From NCBI GenBank assembly GCA_963793305.1, contig CAWBZV010000005.1, positions 288,001 through 352,000 of the forward strand: DNA of 64,000 nucleotides, read 5' to 3'. The stretch's first letter is position 1. Each line of letters begins with the position of its first letter. Under the pieces are notes generated by a model that saw only the letters and a program-made list of their open reading frames with translations, was not told the origin of the DNA and did no database searches. This document shows positions 1-10,303 of this stretch, piece by piece. The stretch is from an uncultured Gemmatimonadales bacterium (GTDB lineage: Bacteria; Gemmatimonadota; Gemmatimonadetes; Gemmatimonadales; Gemmatimonadaceae). The translations under genes were made by a program, and so were the position numbers.

Positions 1-383
1 AGGAGCTTGAGCGCGGCCGAGTTGACGACGACGAACGGATCGTCGAACCCCACGGCCATGGCGTTGACGATCGGAGTCTGCGTCACATAGAGCTGTGGGC
101 GCTTCGGCCAGTCGAGCGTCGCAAGAACCTCGGTCCACAGCGCGTCCAACTTTGGCCGTTGGCGCGGTCCGACGCGTACCGCACTCGCCGTAAACAGATG
201 CCTGACACCGCGGTCGCTGATCGCCGCCGCGACCTTTCGTATGATCTCGTCGAACCCCGGCAAGGCCCGCAGCGTTTGCAGCGCGGCCCGGTCCGCCGGA
301 TGCTCCCATGCGACGGACGAGATCTGCGTGAGCACCACTCTCCCGCCGCCAGGTCTCGCCGACTGCACCGGCAATTCACTCAT
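1..383 (-). CDS. M48 (HtpX-like) zinc metallopeptidase, N-terminal part; runs off the window edge
   Basis: Manual translation MSELPVQ...ISSVAWEHPADRAALQTLRALPGFD...LYVTQTPIVNAMAVGFDDPFVVVNS; GGAGG RBS at 390-394; HExxH not inside the window. Confidence 0.75.
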   Translation of the reverse strand, partial: MSELPVQSARPGGGRVVLTQISSVAWEHPADRAALQTLRALPGFDEIIRKVAAAISDRGVRHLFTASAVRVGPRQRPKLDALWTEVLATLDWPKRPQLYVTQTPIVNAMAVGFDDPFVVVNSAALKL

Positions 384-434
384 GTGTGTCCTCCGTTGGA
401 CCGCACTACGTGTGCGCCGCGGCCGGAGTTGCGT

Positions 435-788
435 TCAGAGGCAAGAGTGCCCCACGTAACAGCCGTACCCGAGTCCCGTCACCAGAAGCGCCGGCACCGA
501 GAGAAGCGCGACCGCGAACGCCGCTGCCCTGGGAAGAATGTGGCGGTGCCCCAACCAGAATCCGGCCCACACGAACGCGAGCGCAACGCCATAGCACAGC
601 GCGGTAGCCACCACGTCATCCCTGGAGTGAGGCATCAAACCCATCAAGACGATCGTCGTAATCGCCACGAACGCGGCGTAGAGAAGGCCAATAACCCAGG
701 GACGCAACGTCGGCCGCCAGATGAGCACGAGCCCGAACACCGCCATTGGCAAGCAGAACGGCGGCAGCTGTACCCAGAAAAAGTTCAT
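435..788 (-). CDS. Hypothetical membrane protein (about 4 TM)
   Basis: MNFFWVQLPPFCLPMAVFGLVLIW..., hydrophobic; ATGA overlap with the upstream gene's stop. Confidence 0.6.
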   Translation of the reverse strand: MNFFWVQLPPFCLPMAVFGLVLIWRPTLRPWVIGLLYAAFVAITTIVLMGLMPHSRDDVVATALCYGVALAFVWAGFWLGHRHILPRAAAFAVALLSVPALLVTGLGYGCYVGHSCL

Positions 789-1960
789 AACCCCAGGAAC
801 GCCTGTTCCAAATCTTCGAGCAGATCCTCGACATCCTCGACGCCACACGAGAGCCGAATGAGGCCGTCGCCGATCCCGAGCTCCGCCCGCCGCTCAGGTG
901 GCACTGACGCATGCGTCATCATGGCAGGGAGGCTGATCAAACTCTCGACACCGCCGAGCGACTCGGCGAGTGAGAATACCCTCACGCGCTCCAACACTTT
1001 CCTCGCGCAATCAGTCGTACCGAGGTCGACGGAAATCATGCCGCCGAACCCGCTCATCTGCCGAACCGCGAGCTCGTGCTGCGGGTGAGAAGGGAGCCCA
1101 GGATAGATGACGCGGTCTGCGCCAACCCGGTCGACGAGCCAGTTGGCGATCTGCCGGCCGTTCGCGTCGTGTCGGGGCATGCGGAGGTGCAGCGTTTTGG
1201 TTCCTCTGAGCGCGAGCCACGAGTCAAAGGGCCCAGGTACGGCCCCGGCAGCGTTTTGCAAAAATGTGAGTCGCTCGGCGAGACCGTCGTCCCGCACGAT
1301 GGCGATGCCGCCGACCATATCGCTGTGGCCATTGAGGTATTTAGTCGTCGAGTGATATACAATGTCCGCTCCCGAACCAATTTCCAGCGGCCGTTGGAAA
1401 AACGGCGTGGCGAACGTATTGTCAACAATCAGCAAGGCGCCGGCGCGGTGAGCGATCTCGGCCATAGCTGCGAGATCAGTCAGCCGCATCAACGGGTTGG
1501 TCGGCGTCTCGACCAGCACCGCGACCGTCTTTTGACTGATCGCGTCGACTACGCGCTGGGGATCGCGCGTATCGACAAAGGTGAAGCGGAGACCGAAATG
1601 CTCCAGCACCCGGTCGAACAGCCGAAACGTTCCGCCGTAGGTATTGTCGCCACAAATGATGTGGTCGCCCGAGCGGAACAATTTCATGATCGTGTCCAGG
1701 CATCCCATGCCGCTCGAAAACGCGAATCCGTGTGTGCCGCCCTCGAGGGCCGCGACATTCCGCTCCAGCGCCTGCCTGGTGGGATTCGTGCCACGCGCGT
1801 ATTCGTACCCCTTGTGCCTGCCCAGTCCGTCCTGTACAAAGGTGGAAGTCTGGTAGATCGGGGTCATGACGGCGCCGGACACAGGGTCCGGCCGCTGGCC
1901 AGCGTGGATCGCGCGCGTCGCGAACCGCGCTACTAGGTCGTCGTCGAAGACGCGAGTCAT
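785..1960 (-). CDS. metB: Cystathionine gamma-synthase/lyase (Cys/Met metabolism PLP enzyme)
   Basis: FATRAIHAGQ, YEYARGTNPTR, VDNTFATP, HSTTKYLNGHSD, LAESLGGVESL; exact reaction uncertain. Confidence 0.85.
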   Translation of the reverse strand: MTRVFDDDLVARFATRAIHAGQRPDPVSGAVMTPIYQTSTFVQDGLGRHKGYEYARGTNPTRQALERNVAALEGGTHGFAFSSGMGCLDTIMKLFRSGDHIICGDNTYGGTFRLFDRVLEHFGLRFTFVDTRDPQRVVDAISQKTVAVLVETPTNPLMRLTDLAAMAEIAHRAGALLIVDNTFATPFFQRPLEIGSGADIVYHSTTKYLNGHSDMVGGIAIVRDDGLAERLTFLQNAAGAVPGPFDSWLALRGTKTLHLRMPRHDANGRQIANWLVDRVGADRVIYPGLPSHPQHELAVRQMSGFGGMISVDLGTTDCARKVLERVRVFSLAESLGGVESLISLPAMMTHASVPPERRAELGIGDGLIRLSCGVEDVEDLLEDLEQAFLGL

Positions 1961-1975
1961 GGAGCGATCAAGATA

Positions 1976-3064
1976 ATGGACGGGGTACCAGGCGGCGACC
2001 CGACACGCCGCTGCCTCGTCGTGGACGACGAGCCGCGGCTGCGCCAAGTGCTCATGCGCCTCATGGAAGGCGAGGGCTTCGAGTGCTTCGAGGCCTCGTC
2101 TGGCGCTGGTGCAATAGAGGTATTGCGCCATACGCCGGTCACGCTCGTGCTCACCGACCTGCGGATGCCGCAGATGGACGGCATCGAGCTCTTGCGGCAA
2201 GTGCGGCTCCAGTACCCGGACACGGCCGTCGTGCTCGTTACCGCCGTCGCTGACGTCGATATCGCCGTCAGCTGCCTGGCGATCGGCGCGATGGACTACC
2301 TCATGAAGCCGTTCAATCTCGATGAGGTCCGCGCGCGCGTCGCCCAAGCCCTCGAGAAACGCCGGCTCTTAGTCGAGAACCGAGGCTACCAGGAACGCCT
2401 GGAAGAGCGCGTCCAAGCTCAAGCACGCCGCCTGGAAGAATTATTCCTGGCCAGCATGCAAGCGTTCGCCGAAGCGCTCGAAGTAAAGGACAGATACACC
2501 CGCGGCCACTCGGTCCGCGTGAGCCAATACTCGGCTGCTATCGCACGCGCCTTGGGACTGCCGTCGGAAGTTGTCCGCCAAATCGAAATCGGCGGCCACG
2601 TTCATGATATCGGCAAAATCGGCGTGCGCGAGTCGGTTCTCAACAAGCCGGGACCGCTGACCGACGAAGAGTACGAGCACATCATGACGCACCCCATGGT
2701 GGGATGGAGGATCCTCGCTCCGATCCTGGGTGATGCCCCGCTCGCGCTCAATATCGTGAGATCGCACCACGAACGATTTGATGGCCGTGGCATTCCGGAT
2801 GGCTTGGCGGGAACAGCGATCCCACTCGAAGCGCGAATAGCGGCGGTCGCTGATGCGTTCGACGCGATGACGAGCGGCCGCGCCTATCGCCGCGGAGGCC
2901 GCCTCGGTCTCGACGCGGCGTTGGCCGAGATGCGACGCTGTAACGGAACGCAATTCGATCCCGAAGTCCTGACAGCATTCGTGAATGCGATCGACACCGG
3001 GGCGATCACACTCGCGGCCATTTCGATCAGCGGCGACTACCCGGCCGTGGGCCGGCTCACCTAG
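1976..3064 (+). CDS. Response regulator with HD-GYP c-di-GMP phosphodiesterase domain
   Basis: REC domain (LVVDDE, TDLRMPQMDG, KPF) plus HDIGKIG and HHERFDGRGIP. Confidence 0.9.
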   Translation: MDGVPGGDPTRRCLVVDDEPRLRQVLMRLMEGEGFECFEASSGAGAIEVLRHTPVTLVLTDLRMPQMDGIELLRQVRLQYPDTAVVLVTAVADVDIAVSCLAIGAMDYLMKPFNLDEVRARVAQALEKRRLLVENRGYQERLEERVQAQARRLEELFLASMQAFAEALEVKDRYTRGHSVRVSQYSAAIARALGLPSEVVRQIEIGGHVHDIGKIGVRESVLNKPGPLTDEEYEHIMTHPMVGWRILAPILGDAPLALNIVRSHHERFDGRGIPDGLAGTAIPLEARIAAVADAFDAMTSGRAYRRGGRLGLDAALAEMRRCNGTQFDPEVLTAFVNAIDTGAITLAAISISGDYPAVGRLT

Positions 3065-3073
3065 CTTTGAGCG

Positions 3074-4610
3074 ATGTCCAATGCTGGGTTGATGATCAGT
3101 GTCTCCGGAGTCCGGGGCCGCGTAGGCGAAGCCCTGACCCCGGAAGTGATCGCGACCTACGCCGCCGCCTTCGGCGCCTGGGCTAAACAGAACCGCCTGC
3201 ACGACCGCCCACTGGCAGCACCGACCCGCCCACACGACCGCCCACTGGCGGCGCCGACCCGCCCACACGACCGCCCGCTTGCAGGACCAACCCGCCCAGA
3301 TGCGACGAGTGGCGAAGCCACACCGGTAGTAGCACCGACCCATCCAGAGGCGACGAGTGGCGAAGCCACGAGGAGTGCAGTTGTCGTCGGCCGCGACAGC
3401 CGCGTCTCAGGCCCGATGTTCACCCGCGTGGTAATCGCAGCGCTGCAGTCGGTCGGCTGCGACGTAATCGACGTTGGCCTCGCGCCGACACCGACCGTCC
3501 AACTGGCCGTCGAGTGGCATCACGCCGCCGGTGGCCTGGCGATTACGGCCAGCCATAACCCGATCGAGTGGAACGCCCTCAAGTTCATCGCGCCGAGCGG
3601 CCTATTCTTGTCGAGCGCCGAAGGCGCCGAGATGCGCACGGCGATGGAGCGCGGCATCCCCCGCGCAACGTGGGACTGCCTCGGCCAGGTCACATTCCGA
3701 CCCTGAGGCGATCTCCCGCCATATCGAGGCAATCCTCGCGCTGCCGTACGTCGACGTACCGGCAATGCGCCGTCGCCGCTTCCACGTCGCGCTCGACTGC
3801 GTCCGGGGCGCCGGCGCGACGATCATGCCGGAGCTCTTAGACCGTCTCGGCTGCCGCGTCACCGCCATAAATCTCGAAACCGACGGCCGCTTCCCCCGTC
3901 CGCCAGAGCCGGTCGCCGAGAACCTCGGCGATCTGGAGCGCTTGGTCCGCGAATCGCACGCCGACATCGGGATGGCCGTTGACCCGGATGTCGACCGCCT
4001 AGCCCTCGTGGACGAAACGGGCTCGGCGATCGGCGAAGACTACACGCTAGCCTTGGCCGCCGGCGCCGTGCTGCGCCGCACGAAAGGCCCGGTGGTGACC
4101 AACCTGTCCACCAGTCGGGTGGTCGACGATGCCGCCGCCCTCGCGGGCGTCGAAGTGATCCGAGCCCCGGTCGGCGAGGTCAACGTCGCCATCCGGATGC
4201 GGGACGAAGGCTCCCCGGTCGGCGGTGAAGGCAACGGCGGGGTGATCGTCAAAGACTTGCACCTCGGCCGCGACGCACCCGCTGGCGCGGCCCTGGTGCT
4301 GCAGTTGCTATTGGAAGCCGATGCGCCGCTGTCGAGAATCGTCGGCGACCGGCCACGTTATGCCATCGTAAAGGACAAACTCGACCGTCCGTCGGGAAGT
4401 TTAGATTCCGTCTACGCAGCGTTGCGGACCGCCTTTGCCGGAGCCGGGGTAAATACCGCCGACGGCATCCGGTTCGCTTGGGCAGATCGCTGGGTCCACG
4501 TCCGGCCGAGTGGCACGGAGCCGGTCGTTCGGGTGATCGCCGAAGCGCCGACGGAAGCTCTCGCTCGCGAATTAGTGGAGCGGTCTCGCTCTTATCTCTT
4601 GGGTCAATAA
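3074..4610 (+). CDS. glmM: Phosphoglucosamine mutase / phosphohexomutase (+1 frameshift near 3697; in-frame repeat insertion)
   Basis: SVSGVRG, GRDSR, TASHNP, DPDVDR, GGEGNGG, VRPSGTEP split over two frames; directly upstream of glmS. Confidence 0.8.
3193..3370 (+). repeat. In-frame tandem repeats: 33 bp x3 (RPHDRPLAAPT) then GCGACGAGTGGCGAAGCCAC x2 at 48-bp spacing
   Basis: Read directly in DNA and translation. Confidence 0.9.
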
Positions 4611-4613
4611 ATC

Positions 4614-6437
4614 ATGTGTGGAATCGTCGGATACGTCGGCCCGCGCTCGGCCGCCCCGGTGCTCATCGACGGCCTCAAGCGCCTCGAATACCGCGGCTAT
4701 GACTCCGCGGGCGTGGCCGTCATGAACGGGCGGCTCGAAACGCGGAAGCAAAAGGGAAAGATCTCCAATCTGGAGTTGCTGCTCGACGCCGAGCCGGTCG
4801 AGGGGTCAATCGGGATCGCGCACACCCGCTGGGCGACGCACGGCGCGCCGAACCAGTGCAACGCGCACCCGCAGCTCGACTGCAAGGGTGAGATCGCCGT
4901 CGTTCACAACGGCATTATCGAGAACGCCACCGCGCTCCGCCGCATGCTCGAGGAGCACGGGCACCTCTTCGTCTCCGAGACCGACACCGAAGTCCTGTCG
5001 CACCTGATCGAGGCCGCGTTCGATGGCTCGCTCGAGGACGCGGTCATGGAAGCGCTGCACCAGGTCGAAGGCGCGTACGCGATTGGCGTGCTGTGCAGCC
5101 GCGATCCCGACAAGATCGTCGCCGCCCGCCGGGGCGGTCCCCTCCTCGTGGGCCTCGGCGACGGCGAGTACTACATCGCGAGCGACGCGTCGGCGATTCT
5201 GGCGCACACCCGCGAGGTGGTCTATCTGGAAGACGGCGATCTCGCGGTCCTCGACCGGAACGGCTACCGGATCCTCGACCTGAACGCGACGACGCTCCAC
5301 CGGCGGGTGACCAAGATCGACTGGGACCTCGCCCAGATCGAGCGTGGCGGCTACGCGCATTTCATGCTCAAGGAGATCTTCGAGCAGCCGGAGACGATCG
5401 CCAACACCATGGCCGGCCGGTTGCTGGCCGACGAAGCGACCGCGAAACTGTCCGGGCTCAACCTGACCGACGACGAGTTGCTGGCGATCGACAACATCAT
5501 CATCACCGCCTGCGGCACGAGCTGGCACTCGGCCCTGATTGGCGAGCAGATGATCGAAGAACTGACTCGCGTGCCGGTCGAAGTCGAATACGCGTCCGAA
5601 TTCCGGTATCGCAACCCGATCGTCACCAATCGCACACTGTGTATCGTGATCTCGCAGTCGGGCGAGACAGCCGACACGCTCGCCGCAATGCGCGAAGCGC
5701 AGCGGCGTGGTGCCCGTACCTTAGGGATCGTGAACGTCGTTGGCTCAACGATCGCCCGAGAGGCAGGCGCAGGGATATACCTCCATGCTGGGCCGGAGAT
5801 CGGCGTTGCCTCCACGAAGGCATTCACGAGCCAGGTCGTGGCCCTGGCGATGTTCACGCTCAAACTCGGCCGACTCAAAGCCCTCTCGTCGCTCCGCGGT
5901 AGCGAGATCATTCACGCGCTCGAAGCACTGCCGGGTCAGGTGAAGGGCATTCTCGACCGAGCGCACGAGATCGAGGAGTTGGCCGAAGAGTTCAAGCGAG
6001 CCACGAATTTCTTGTACCTCGGCCGCGGCTACAATTTCCCGACGGCGCTCGAAGGGGCGCTCAAGCTGAAAGAGATCAGCTACATCCACGCCGAGGGCTA
6101 CCCGGCGGCGGAGATGAAGCACGGCCCGATTGCGCTGATCGACGAGATGATGCCGGTGGTCTTTATTGCCCCACACGATTCTGTGTTCGACAAAGTGGTG
6201 TCGAACGTGCAAGAAGTGAAGGCGCGTCGCGGCACCGTGATCGCGATCACGAGCCGCGACGAGCCATCGCTCAAGGGAAAGCTGAACTACGACTTCCGCA
6301 TTCCCGAGACGATCGACATGCTGACGCCGATCCTGGCCTCGGTGCCATTGCAGCTGCTCGCCTACTACGTCGCCGTCAAGCGCGGCGCGAACGTCGATCA
6401 GCCGCGCAACTTGGCCAAGTCCGTCACGGTCGAGTAG
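4614..6437 (+). CDS. glmS: Glutamine-fructose-6-phosphate aminotransferase
   Basis: MCGIVGY start, HTRWATHG, SQSGETADT, PRNLAKSVTVE end. Confidence 0.98.
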   Translation: MCGIVGYVGPRSAAPVLIDGLKRLEYRGYDSAGVAVMNGRLETRKQKGKISNLELLLDAEPVEGSIGIAHTRWATHGAPNQCNAHPQLDCKGEIAVVHNGIIENATALRRMLEEHGHLFVSETDTEVLSHLIEAAFDGSLEDAVMEALHQVEGAYAIGVLCSRDPDKIVAARRGGPLLVGLGDGEYYIASDASAILAHTREVVYLEDGDLAVLDRNGYRILDLNATTLHRRVTKIDWDLAQIERGGYAHFMLKEIFEQPETIANTMAGRLLADEATAKLSGLNLTDDELLAIDNIIITACGTSWHSALIGEQMIEELTRVPVEVEYASEFRYRNPIVTNRTLCIVISQSGETADTLAAMREAQRRGARTLGIVNVVGSTIAREAGAGIYLHAGPEIGVASTKAFTSQVVALAMFTLKLGRLKALSSLRGSEIIHALEALPGQVKGILDRAHEIEELAEEFKRATNFLYLGRGYNFPTALEGALKLKEISYIHAEGYPAAEMKHGPIALIDEMMPVVFIAPHDSVFDKVVSNVQEVKARRGTVIAITSRDEPSLKGKLNYDFRIPETIDMLTPILASVPLQLLAYYVAVKRGANVDQPRNLAKSVTVE

Positions 6438-6447
6438 GTCGAGCCCA

Positions 6448-6886
6448 CTGCGCGCGCTGCTGCAGCGCGTCTCACGCGCCGAGGTCCGCGTCGGCGCCCG
6501 CGTGGCGGGCCGCATCGAGCGCGGCCTGCTCGTCTTGGTCGGCTACACGCACGATGATGGCGAAGCACAACTGGTCTGGATGACCGACAAGATCCTCGGC
6601 CTCCGTATTTTCAGCGACGCGGACGACAAGAATGAATTTGTCTCTCGCCAACGTCGACGGCGCGGTGCTCGTCGTCTCCCAGTTCACGCTCTATGGCGAC
6701 GCCGTGAAAGGTCGCCGGCCGAGTTTCATTGACGCCGCGCGCCCGGAAGTCGCCGTGCCCCTCTATGAGCGCTTTGTCGGGCTCCTCCGGGAGCGCGGCG
6801 CCAAAGTCGAGACGGGTGAGTTCGGCGCCATGATGGAGGTCGAGTTGGTGAACGACGGCCCGGTGACGCTGTGGCTCGAGCGCTAA
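6448..6886 (+). CDS. dtd: D-aminoacyl-tRNA deacylase (+1 frameshift near 6630; apparent CTG start)
   Basis: [31 protein letters not shown]. Confidence 0.9.
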
Positions 6887-8073
6887 AAGTCTGCCTCGTC
6901 TCTCCGGCGCCGATCTGGGTCAACCCGCGGCTCCGGAAAGAAGCCGACGCACTCCATGCCGCGGGCTACGATGTCGTCGTCGGCTACCGCCTCGATGGCG
7001 ACGCCACGCGCGATGACGCGATCCTGGCGACCAAGCCATGGCCGTGGTACCGGTTGGATGTCAGCCGCACCCGCGCTCCCGTCCGTTGGCTAACGTCAGC
7101 CCTCCGCGAGCGCCTGGCGGGGATGCTCGGCCTCGACGCCCAAGCCTATTGCCGCGGCTATCCGGCGCTTTTGCGCTGGGCGATCGCGCAGCGAGCCGAC
7201 CTGTACATCGCCCACACACAGCCGGCATTGGCGATAGCCGCCGAGGCCGCGAAGGCGACCGGCGCGCCCTACGCGTTCGATTGCGAGGATCTCCTGGCCG
7301 AGGAGACGGCGGACGGCTTGCGGTCCGCCCCTCGTCGAGAGATGATCCGCCGGCTCGAACGCCGATATTTGCCGGGCGCCGCGTACGTCTCCGCGACGTC
7401 GCAGCCAATGGCCGACTATCTCGTGCGGCAATATGGCCTGACGCGGGTGCATGTCTGGCACAACTGCTTCCCGCGGTCTGAGCTCTCCACGCTCGCCCCA
7501 CCCGCGGCCCGCCCGCTAGGCGAGACGGTCGATCTCGCCTGGATGGGTGCGACGATAGGCCACGGCCGCGGTCTCGAAGATGTCTTCGCCGTACTCCCCA
7601 CACTCGATCCGCGCATCCGCCTGTATCTCTACGGAAACCTGATGGAGTCGCACCGCGAATGGTTGTCGGCGCTCGGCCAGCGGGTGGTAGTCCGCCCACT
7701 CCCGCCGGCGGCCGAGGTGATGCCGACGCTCGCGCGCCATCACATTGGCCTGACGCCCGACCGCGCCGACTCACTGAATCTCAGTCTCACCATCTGCAAC
7801 AAGTTCTTTCTGTATCTGCAGTCCGGACTCGCGCTGGTCGCCACCGACCTCCCAGGCCAGATGTCGGTCCTGGGTCCGCACCCCGAGATCGGCGCGGCGT
7901 ATCGTCCAGGCGACACCGATGCGCTGAGGTCGATCCTGCGCTCGCTGACCGACCGCGCCACACTCGCGGCGCGCCAGTCGGCCGCCTGGGAGCTCGGTTG
8001 CACGACGTATTCGTGGGACGTTGAACAGGCGCTATTCCTCGACGCGGTCCGGGCGACGGCGGGCGCCGATTAG
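6871..8073 (+). CDS. GT-B (family 4-like) glycosyltransferase
   Basis: [42 protein letters not shown]. Confidence 0.8.
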   Translation: MARALKVCLVSPAPIWVNPRLRKEADALHAAGYDVVVGYRLDGDATRDDAILATKPWPWYRLDVSRTRAPVRWLTSALRERLAGMLGLDAQAYCRGYPALLRWAIAQRADLYIAHTQPALAIAAEAAKATGAPYAFDCEDLLAEETADGLRSAPRREMIRRLERRYLPGAAYVSATSQPMADYLVRQYGLTRVHVWHNCFPRSELSTLAPPAARPLGETVDLAWMGATIGHGRGLEDVFAVLPTLDPRIRLYLYGNLMESHREWLSALGQRVVVRPLPPAAEVMPTLARHHIGLTPDRADSLNLSLTICNKFFLYLQSGLALVATDLPGQMSVLGPHPEIGAAYRPGDTDALRSILRSLTDRATLAARQSAAWELGCTTYSWDVEQALFLDAVRATAGAD

Positions 8074-8724
8074 GAGACCCTGCCAACCCACGATCACGAT
8101 CCACAGGGTGCTGGCGACCCAGAAGAGGGCGAAGATGTTGTTCAGCACATCGAGATCCCTCGCGCGGAAGAGCCTAACGAACAGAACGACTTCGACGATG
8201 CCGATGAAAAACAGTCCCGCCGAATACAGCGCGATGATGACGATGCGCCGGAGCGGCGACGGCATGGCGGGATCCGGTGCGTCCTTGACTCGCTCGGCGT
8301 GATAATCGCCCGCCACGGCGCGATCCAGGTCGCGAATCTGCACCGTCGTGTGCGTGAGCTTGTCGTGAAGCGCTTGGTGCCGGCGCGTGAACGCCATCGC
8401 GATGCCCGACGGCAAGCCGAATACGGTCTTGAGCACGAACCGCACGAACGCGCGCCAGAACGGCGGATTGCCGCCGGTTGCGTCATCCACCACGCGCAGG
8501 TTCGCCGCGCGCTGGCCAATCGTCGCGCCGAAGCCCCACACCAGGAGTGGCTCATAGAGGAAGATGAGCCCGTAGAAGAGGACGACGAGCACCCGACCGG
8601 AGCCCGGCACGTTCCGCGTGAAATCTCCCCCGATCGCGATGGCCACGATGCCGAATCCCACTACCATCGCATCCAGAGCGACCGCCCAGAGGCGGCGGCC
8701 GAACGCCGCGTAGGCCGGCGTCAT
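8032..8724 (-). CDS. RDD family membrane protein
   Basis: YAAFGRRLWAVALD, GATIGQRAANLRVV, QALHDKLTHTTV. Confidence 0.85.
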   Translation of the reverse strand: MTPAYAAFGRRLWAVALDAMVVGFGIVAIAIGGDFTRNVPGSGRVLVVLFYGLIFLYEPLLVWGFGATIGQRAANLRVVDDATGGNPPFWRAFVRFVLKTVFGLPSGIAMAFTRRHQALHDKLTHTTVQIRDLDRAVAGDYHAERVKDAPDPAMPSPLRRIVIIALYSAGLFFIGIVEVVLFVRLFRARDLDVLNNIFALFWVASTLWIVIVGWQGLLIGARRRPDRVEE

Positions 8725-9083
8725 TGGATGACTGCCAGGGCAAGCAGAGCCCCGACGAATACGAGTGGAAAGAGCTTCGCTGCGAGGACAAACGGACCCT
8801 TCATGGGCTCAGCCGTGAGGTGTGGGCCGAGACGGAACCCCGCGATGAGTAACCCCGGACACGCGATGAAAACCAGAAATGCGAATCCGAGTGATGCCGC
8901 GCCGGACCAATACCAGAATAAGTCGGTCAGCAGCAATTCGAGCAGCCCGCCGTAGGCGAAGTAGCACCAGAACGCGAGCCAGCGGAGCCGGCGGTCAGCC
9001 ATGCGTCGCCGCAGCACGAGATAGTGTGCCAATCCTAGGGGCGGCGGCACGAAATTGACGACGATCCCCACCCAGCTGGGCAT
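8721..9083 (-). CDS. Hypothetical membrane protein
   Basis: MPSWVGIVVNFVPPPLGL..., several hydrophobic segments; ATGA coupling to the RDD gene. Confidence 0.55.
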   Translation of the reverse strand: MPSWVGIVVNFVPPPLGLAHYLVLRRRMADRRLRWLAFWCYFAYGGLLELLLTDLFWYWSGAASLGFAFLVFIACPGLLIAGFRLGPHLTAEPMKGPFVLAAKLFPLVFVGALLALAVIQ

Positions 9084-9090
9084 GGCGTGA

Positions 9091-9603
9091 TCAGGGAATC
9101 GGCACGCGCACTCCAAACTGGAACGGAATGAACGCGTAGCTGGACGGCAAGTAGTCAATGTGGTACCGGAATTCGAAAAATGGCTGGACCGGCCCGATTG
9201 GATAGCGGGCCCCCGCTCCGATGTTGAGCCCAGGGTCGACGCGATTGGCGCTGTAGATGCTGAAAATGTAGGCGCCGCCACCAGCGAGCACGTACGGGCG
9301 GAGCCGCGTCCCGGGGAGCGGGGGATCGACGATCACGTCGAAGGCGATGCGCGTGACATGCTCCGCGACCTGGGAGAATCCCCCAAAACCGACACGGTCC
9401 CACCCGACTTCGGCGCGAAACGCGATCGGCAATTTGGGGGCCGGATGCCAGTCGACCGCGCCCATGAGATCCAACCCCGCGGTGCGACCTTCGCTCAGAC
9501 CAACGGGCACCGTGACGCCGACGCTGCCATCCACGGCCCACTGCGCCGACGCAGGTGCGGCCGACGCCATCACGAGCGCCGCAACCACGATTCGTGTGTT
9601 CAT
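9091..9603 (-). CDS. Small outer-membrane beta-barrel protein
   Basis: Signal peptide (ASA-Q), RPYVLAGGGAY, GLNIGAGARY, terminal FIPFQFGVRV strand. Confidence 0.75.
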   Translation of the reverse strand: MNTRIVVAALVMASAAPASAQWAVDGSVGVTVPVGLSEGRTAGLDLMGAVDWHPAPKLPIAFRAEVGWDRVGFGGFSQVAEHVTRIAFDVIVDPPLPGTRLRPYVLAGGGAYIFSIYSANRVDPGLNIGAGARYPIGPVQPFFEFRYHIDYLPSSYAFIPFQFGVRVPIP

Positions 9604-9681
9604 GGGCGATGAGTGTGCCGCGCCGCTCCAGTTGTGGCAAGAGTGGGCGATCCGCCGTTACAGACGCTACTCTTTCGCGCC

Positions 9682-10290
9682 ATGCAGGTGATCCTGGCAT
9701 CGCAGTCGCCGCGGCGGCGCGACCTCCTGAACCTGATCGGCATCGCGCACACCGTGCGCCCAGCAGATATCGACGAGACGCCGTTGCCGGGCGAATCTCC
9801 GGTCGCCTGCGTCGAGCGCCTCGCGCGAGCGAAGGCGCGACGGATCGCCTCGAGCGAGCCGGAAGCGCTGGTGATCGCCGCCGACACCATCGTCGTGATC
9901 GACGATCGGATCCTCAACAAGCCGACGGACGTCGACGACGCGCGGCGGATGCTGCGCACGTTGCAAGGTCGCCGGCATGATGTCTACACGGCGGTTTGCG
10001 CGACGTTGGATGGCCGCGAGGCAGCCGGTGTCGAGGATACCGGTGTCTGGTTTCGCCCGCTCACGGATGCGGAGATCGACGCCTACATCGCCACGGGCGA
10101 GCCAATGGACAAGGCCGGCGCGTACGGCATCCAAGGCTACGGCGCCACGACCGTCGAACGCGTCGACGGCGATTTCTTTACGGTCGTCGGGTTGCCTCTG
10201 GTTCGCCTCACTCGCTTATTGACCGGGATCGGAGTCACGTACGATTTCGGCCAATTACGGCACTCACCCTCTGGGTCGGCGCGTCCGTAG
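9682..10290 (+). CDS. maf: Maf family nucleoside triphosphate pyrophosphatase
   Basis: ILASQSPRRRDLL, IAADTIV, GEPMDKAGAYGIQG. Confidence 0.95.
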   Translation: MQVILASQSPRRRDLLNLIGIAHTVRPADIDETPLPGESPVACVERLARAKARRIASSEPEALVIAADTIVVIDDRILNKPTDVDDARRMLRTLQGRRHDVYTAVCATLDGREAAGVEDTGVWFRPLTDAEIDAYIATGEPMDKAGAYGIQGYGATTVERVDGDFFTVVGLPLVRLTRLLTGIGVTYDFGQLRHSPSGSARP

Positions 10291-10303
10291 CTTCAGGACT
10301 ACC

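Noticed and set aside
4560..4613. glmS ribozyme
   Set aside because: glmS starts 3 nt after the glmM stop, leaving no leader
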